Source of the DNA: an uncultured Actinomycetes bacterium
Lineage (GTDB): Bacteria; Actinomycetota; Thermoleophilia; Gaiellales; JALYLC01
Reading direction: 5' to 3'
NCBI GenBank assembly: GCA_963713435.1
Contig: CAVQLU010000007.1
Location: forward strand, 80,582 to 144,581
Length of the DNA stretch: 64,000 bases
Positions 59,352-64,000 of this stretch are shown piece by piece. Under the pieces are notes generated by a model, which ran no database searches, was not told the DNA's origin, and was given only the letters and a program-made list of their open reading frames with translations. Made by a program: the position numbers and the translations under genes. Position 1 is the first letter of the stretch, and every line of letters begins with the position of its first letter.

Positions 59352-60293
59352 ATGCGAAAGCTCACGCTCACACTCGTCCTCGCTGCACTCGGCTTGCTGA
59401 TGGCGCCCCTGGCTTCACCTGCCGCGACCGCGAACCACGGCCCGGGCTCATTCCCGGAGAAGATCGCGCTGCCGGCCGGATTCGCGCCCGAAGGGCTCGC
59501 GATCGGGCACGGCAAGCAGTTCTTCGTCGGCTCCGTCCAGACCGGTGCGATCTACACGGGCGACCTGCGCACGGGCACCGGGCGCATTCTCGTCCCGGGC
59601 GCCACGACTGCGGGCACGAACGCCGCGACCGGGGTCGCCTACGACCGCGGCCTGCTGTGGGTCGCCGGCGCCGGCTTCGGCACCGCGAAGCTGTATGACG
59701 CGAAGACGGGTGCCCTGCTCCAGACCTACCAGCTCGGAACCCCGCCCGCGACCTTCATCAACGGCATCGCGGTGACGAGGAAGGCCGCGTACTTCAGCGA
59801 TTCGCAGCAGCCCGTGATCTACCGCGTCTCGCGCTCCAAGCACGGGGCGCCCGGTCAGGTCACGACGATTCCGCTGACCGGCGACTACCAGCACGTCGGC
59901 GGTGGAGCGCTCAACCTCAACGGCATCGTCGCCACGGCCGACGGCAAGAAGCTGATCGCCGTGCAGACGGCGGCCAAGAAGCTCTTCGTGATCGATCCGC
60001 GCAGCGGCGCGACGACGGCCATCGACACCGGGACGTACGACCTCGCAAACGGCGACGGCCTCCTGCTCGAGGGCCGGACGTTGTTCGTCGTCCAGAACCG
60101 CTCGAACACGATCGCCGTCTTCCGCCTCTCGCACGACCTCGCGACGGCGACGTTCGTGAAGGCGATCACCGACCCCGACTTCGACGTCCCGACGTCGATC
60201 GACCATGCCGGCAAGCACCTCTACGTCGTGAATGCGCGCTTCGGCACCGCGACGCCGGCCGATCCGCACTACGACGTCGTCAAGGTCGGATAG
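59352..60293 (+). CDS. secreted six-bladed beta-propeller protein (SMP-30/gluconolactonase/LRE-like fold, tentative)
   Basis: AAGGAGGAAG RBS. Signal peptide 'MRKLTLTLVLAALGLLMAPLASPAA'. The repeats have blade-like periodicity. Confidence 0.55.
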   Translation: MRKLTLTLVLAALGLLMAPLASPAATANHGPGSFPEKIALPAGFAPEGLAIGHGKQFFVGSVQTGAIYTGDLRTGTGRILVPGATTAGTNAATGVAYDRGLLWVAGAGFGTAKLYDAKTGALLQTYQLGTPPATFINGIAVTRKAAYFSDSQQPVIYRVSRSKHGAPGQVTTIPLTGDYQHVGGGALNLNGIVATADGKKLIAVQTAAKKLFVIDPRSGATTAIDTGTYDLANGDGLLLEGRTLFVVQNRSNTIAVFRLSHDLATATFVKAITDPDFDVPTSIDHAGKHLYVVNARFGTATPADPHYDVVKVG

Positions 60294-60300
60294 CCCACCC

Positions 60301-60330
60301 GGGCGGCGCGCTCCCCGGAGCGCGCCGCCC
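60301..60330. terminator. perfect 13-bp GC hairpin between convergent transcripts (bidirectional terminator candidate)
   Basis: GGGCGGCGCGCTC-CCCG-GAGCGCGCCGCCC lies between the stop at 60293 and the ssrA 3' end at 60387. Confidence 0.55.
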
Positions 60331-60386
60331 GAGGCCGAAAACGACCGAGAGCCCCGGTGCGGGGCTCTCGTATCGACTGTCCGGAG

Positions 60387-60749
60387 TGGAGGCGGCGGGA
60401 ATCGAACCCGCGTCCACGGACGCGACAGGAAGGGCTTCTCCAAGCTCAGCCTGCGTTCATGTCTCGCCGCGTCGCACCACACAGGCCGGTGCTCCGCTGG
60501 CCAGTCCGTCGTTGGAGTCCCCTGCGGTCGGCACGGACCCCCCGGCCGCCGGGCAAGCCTCCTTCTGAAGGACTCCCTCCGCGGAGGCCCGGAGGGGCCA
60601 CCCGTTACGTAATCAGATTACGCAGCGAGCGCGAGATCCAGATCGGACTTCGCATTTAGGTGTTGCTGGATGATTTACGAGGCCCACCAGCATCCTCGGC
60701 TTGCTACCCAACCCATCGGATTCGCCCGCGTCGAAGCCAGGACGCCCCC
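60387..60749 (-). ncRNA. ssrA: tmRNA (SsrA); predicted tag peptide AKSDLDLALAA
   Basis: The reverse complement starts GGGGGCGTCCTGGCTTCGACGCGGG and ends GCGGGTTCGATTCCCGCCGCCTCCA (tRNA-Ala-like acceptor with G3-U, T-arm). The internal reading frame is GCG AAG TCC GAT CTG GAT CTC GCG CTC GCT GCG TAA, at plus-strand 60618-60653. Confidence 0.9.
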
Positions 60750-60806
60750 GAGAGTCCTTCCAGGGTAGCACGCGCAGAGAGCCCATTTGCGGGGTTTTCG
60801 AGCGCC

Positions 60807-61271
60807 TCAGCCGCGCGAGCGGGTCTTCATCTCGCGGTCGATCTCGCGCCGGACATCGCGTTCGGCGAGCGAGCGCCGCTTGTCGATGCCCTCCTTGCCG
60901 CGCGCCAGCGCGATCTCGACCTTGACACGGCCGTCCTTGAAATAGAGCCGCAGCGGGACGAGCGTCAGGCCCTTCTCCGCCACCCGCGAGGCGAGCTCGT
61001 CGATCTCGCGCCGATGCGCGAGCAGCTTGCGGTCGCGCGTGGGCTCGTGATTCGCGCGATTGCCCTGCGCGTAGGGCTCGATGGTGCACCCGACGAGCCA
61101 CAGCTCTCCCCCGCGCTCCTGCGCGAACGCCTCGCGCAGCGCGACCTTGCCGGCACGCAGCGACTTGACCTCGGTACCCGTGAGCGCGATGCCGGTCTCG
61201 AGGCGCTCGAGAATGTGAAACTCGTGCCGCGCCTTGCGGTTGCTCGCGATCGTGCGTTCGCCCTCGGCCAC
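60807..61271 (-). CDS. smpB: SsrA-binding protein
   Basis: A 154-aa ORF: 'IASNRKARHEFHILE', 'GTEVKSLR', 'RDRKLLAHRREI'. Confidence 0.92.
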   Translation of the reverse strand: MAEGERTIASNRKARHEFHILERLETGIALTGTEVKSLRAGKVALREAFAQERGGELWLVGCTIEPYAQGNRANHEPTRDRKLLAHRREIDELASRVAEKGLTLVPLRLYFKDGRVKVEIALARGKEGIDKRRSLAERDVRREIDREMKTRSRG

Positions 61272-61443
61272 CGTCGGAGTCTAGGACGTAGCCCAGAATG
61301 CGCGTGAGGGTCTGGCGAGTGACGAGCGTCGTGCTGGGACGAGATCGGCCCGCGGCTCGATCAGGACGATCTCGCAAGGGTCGATCTCGTCCCAGACGCC
61401 CGCTCGGTGCCGCCAGGCACCACGACGAGTTCTGGGGTACGTC

Positions 61444-63247
61444 CTAGGTCCGCCTGCGTTTCGGGGGCCTGGGCGGTCGTCGCGGGGTCGTCTTCTTCAC
61501 CGGGCGCGAACGCGGGCGCGGGGCCTCGTTCTCGGGCAGGACGTCGAGGGTCGCCCGCCCGCGCGGAGGGTCGACGGCCGTGACGACGCAGGAGAGCTCG
61601 TCGCCCAGGCGGATGCGTCGCCCCGAGCTGCGGCCCACGAGCGCCACGCCGTGCTCGTCGCTGTCGAAGCGCTCGCGCGCGTCGAGTCGGCGCGCCGGCA
61701 GAAAGCCCTCGAAGACGTCTCCGAAGCGCACGAACAGGCCGGCGCGAGATGAGCCCCGTCACGACGCCCTCGAAGGGCTGGTGCCAGCCGTCGCGTCGCA
61801 GACGATCCTTGAGCAGGAAGGCCAGGCAGATGGCATCCGCGCGCCGCTCGGCATCGGCCGCCTCGCGCTCGCGCTGCGAGCAGCGCAGGGCGATCTCGGG
61901 CAGGTCCCTGGCCTTGGGCGCCGTCTCGCCGAGCCCCGCGAGCGCGCAGGTGGCGCGATGCACGACGATGTCGGGATAGCGCCGGATCGGGGAGGTGAAA
62001 TGCACGTAGGCCGGCGAGGCGAGCGCGGCGTGGCCCACGTTGACCGGGTCGTAGCGCGCGAGCTCGAGCGTGCGCAGGAGCAGGCTGCCGAAGGCCTCGC
62101 GCGTCGCCGGCCGCTCGCGCAGGATCGGCGCGAGCAGCTCCGCCTGCCGGGCCACCGCCTGCGAGGCCTCCGGGCCGCTCGCTCGTTCGGGGAGCGGGAC
62201 GACCGGGAGCCCGAGCGCCGTCAGGCGAGCGGCGAGCGCGAGCAGCGCCTCGTGTTTCGGATGCTCGTGCACCCGGTAGAGCGCCGGCCGGCGGGCGCGG
62301 GCCAGCAGGCCCCCCACGGCCTCGTTGGCCAGCAGCATCAGCTCCTCGACCAGTGCGTGCGCCCGCGGCTCCTCGTCCCAGTGCGCATCCACCACGCGGC
62401 CGTCCGCGACCTCGAAGGCGAGCTCGCGCGCCCCGAGCGTGAACGCGCCGCGCGCGTGCCGGCGCTCGCGCAGATCGCGCGCGAGCGCGTCGGCCCGTGC
62501 CAGCAGGTCGCCGTTCGGGTGGTGCAGGCGCCCCGCCAGCACGTCGTGCGCCTCGTCGTAGGTCAGCCGAGCACGGCTGCGAATGAGCGCGCGGCGCACG
62601 TGCGGCGCGCCCACCTTGCCGTCGGCGCCGACGCGCACCTCGATGCTGACCACCCGGCGTACCTCGCCCGGGCGCAGGCTGCAGGCGTCGGCCGAGAGCT
62701 CGAGTGGCAGCATCGGCTCCACGGCCCCGGGCACGTACACGCTGCAGGTGCGGCGCCCGGCCTCGGCATCCAGCTCACCGTCCGGCGCCACATAGCTCGC
62801 GACGTCCGCGATGTGCACGAAGGCGCGCACGCCGTCGCCGTCCGGCTCGACGCTGATGGCGTCGTCGAAATCGCGCGCGGTCGGCGGGTCGATCGTGATG
62901 GTCTCGAGCTCGAGCAGGTCGGTCCGCTGCCCCTCCGACTCGGGCTTTCCGGAAGCCCTGCGCGCCTCGCGCAGGGCGCCCTGCGGCCACTCGCGTGCGA
63001 GACCGCGCTGGAGCAGCAGCGCGCGCAGCACGTTCTCGACGTCGTCGGGCGAGCCCAGCCGCTCGGCGACGCGTGCGCTCGAGCCGGCCGTCTCGACCAC
63101 CACGAGCTCGCCCGCCTCGACGGCCAGCCCCGAGCGCCGGCCCAGGGCGAGCTGCTGCCCCTCGTCGAAAAACGGCAGCGCGACGAGGAAGCGTCCTCGG
63201 CGCTCCACGGTGCAGGCGACGAGACGCGGCCCGTCCGGGTCGCTCAC
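61444..63247 (-). pseudogene. rnr: ribonuclease R (RNB family 3'-5' exoribonuclease with a C-terminal S1 domain and basic tail) with one frame break near 61745
   Basis: GTG at 63247 overlaps the upstream stop. 'TIDPPTARDFDDAISVE', 'SVYVPGAVEPMLP', 'HAALASPAYVHFTSPIRRYPDIVVHR'. The S1 part 'RFGDVFEGFLPARRLD...' is in ORF 61444..61731. Confidence 0.85.
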
Positions 63248-64000
63248 GCAGGCATCTGGCGTGCCACGGCGACCGCGCGCACCATCAGCTGCGTGTGCGC
63301 CGGCACATCGGGGCGCACCCCGCGGCCGTGCAGATCGAACCCGTTGGGCGTGCGATACGTGGCCACCGTGAGCTTCACGGCGCCACCGCCCGCCACCGGG
63401 ACGACGGCCTGGATCGAGGCCTTGCCGAACGTCCGCGTGCCGACGATCTTGGCGCGCTTGTTGTCGCGCAGCGCTGCGGCCACGATCTCGGCCGCGCTGG
63501 CGGTCGCGCGGTCGACCACGACGACGAGCGGCATGGCCTTGAGCGCCGAGTGCTCGCGCTGTCACGACCCCGCCGATGGTGTGGGCGCCCGAATACGAGA
63601 GGATCCGGCCGTGGTCGAGGAAGACGTCGACCGTGTTGATGGCCTCCTGGATCAGGCCGCCCGGGTTGCCGCGCAGGTCGAGCACGACGATCGGCGCGCC
63701 GCGCGCCGCGCGGCGCACAGCCGCCCCCACGCCTTCGGAGAAGCGCGTGATGCGGATCACGCGCACGGCGCCGCCCGCGACGTCGCGCGAGCGGACGGCG
63801 GGCTGGACGACGACGCCGCGGCGCACGCGAACCGTCTTGCGCATGACCGCCCCTGCGTTGCATGATCAGGTTCATCGGCCCGCGGTGGGGCGCCTGCAGC
63901 GCGGCCAGCGCGGTCTCGATGTGGCCGCGTACCCGCAGCCCGTCGACCGACAGCAACGCGTCCCCGGAGCGCAGACCCGCACGCGCGGCGGGCGAGCGCG
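63244..64000 (-). pseudogene. S41 family C-terminal processing (tail-specific) peptidase. The N-terminus lies beyond the window end. At least two frame breaks (near 63560 and 63848).
   Basis: PDZ fragment 'AARAGLRSGDALLSVDGLRV'. 'VVLDLRGNPGGLIQEAINTVDVFL'. Catalytic region 'PLVVVVDRATASAAEIVAAALRDNKRAKIVGTRTFGKASIQ' (ORF 63244..63534). Confidence 0.7.

Overview
This is a very GC-rich chromosomal segment in which third codon positions are almost all G/C. I count about 65 protein genes, one tRNA and the tmRNA. I found no CRISPR array, IS element, integrase, prophage or recognisable defence gene.

Gene content and order (sepF-yggS-pgeF, pdxS-pdxT-yebC-ruvCAB, ECF sigma factors, an Asp-type MurA) fit a high-GC Gram-positive lineage. 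That would be Actinomycetota, perhaps Thermoleophilia/Rubrobacteria-like; this is inference only.

Layout:
- 0-9 kb: distal cell-division cluster on the minus strand (murA, M50 protease, pgeF, yggS, sepF ... yggT, lspA, rluD), with a gamma-glutamyl-amine module (GS-like gene plus PuuD-like hydrolase) and proC embedded in it.
- 9-19 kb: queA, an ECF sigma/anti-sigma pair, ruvCAB, yebC, pdxST, and a sigma factor fused to a zinc-finger anti-sigma domain.
- 19-25 kb: GMC oxidoreductase, tRNA-Met, copper amine oxidase, M20 peptidase, a MerR-like gene, and a palindromic repeat cluster.
- 24-33.5 kb: one co-directional string of epimerase, ATP-dependent DNA ligase, HtpX, LemA, a secreted glycoside hydrolase, a Cys-rich beta-propeller protein and a DUF11 surface protein of about 925 aa.
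- 33.7-52.3 kb: genes that look like quaternary-amine/osmolyte catabolism (tetR-Rieske oxygenase operon, FAD oxidoreductase, carnitine dehydrogenase/thioesterase, IclR, a five-part ABC importer, a serine hydrolase, choline sulfatase), plus tdk, a methyltransferase, qor and an MFS transporter.
- 52.4-64 kb: delta-60-repeat secreted protein, usp, cydAB, small membrane proteins, a secreted propeller protein, then ssrA-smpB-rnr-ctp.

The dominant anomaly is frame breaks. About 20 genes are interrupted by mostly one-base frame breaks, and 45.3-50.8 kb is broken every ~50-150 nt while its neighbours are intact. Without reads I cannot tell assembly error from real gene decay.

I see no compelling evidence for a wholly new system. 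The best leads are:
- the envelope gene string at 24-33.5 kb;
- the GGGGTCAGACCCC repeat cluster at 24.0-24.2 kb;
- the fused sigma/anti-sigma gene;
- the reductase-less Rieske operon.

Many long ORFs in the supplied track are antisense or read-through artefacts of the high GC content.
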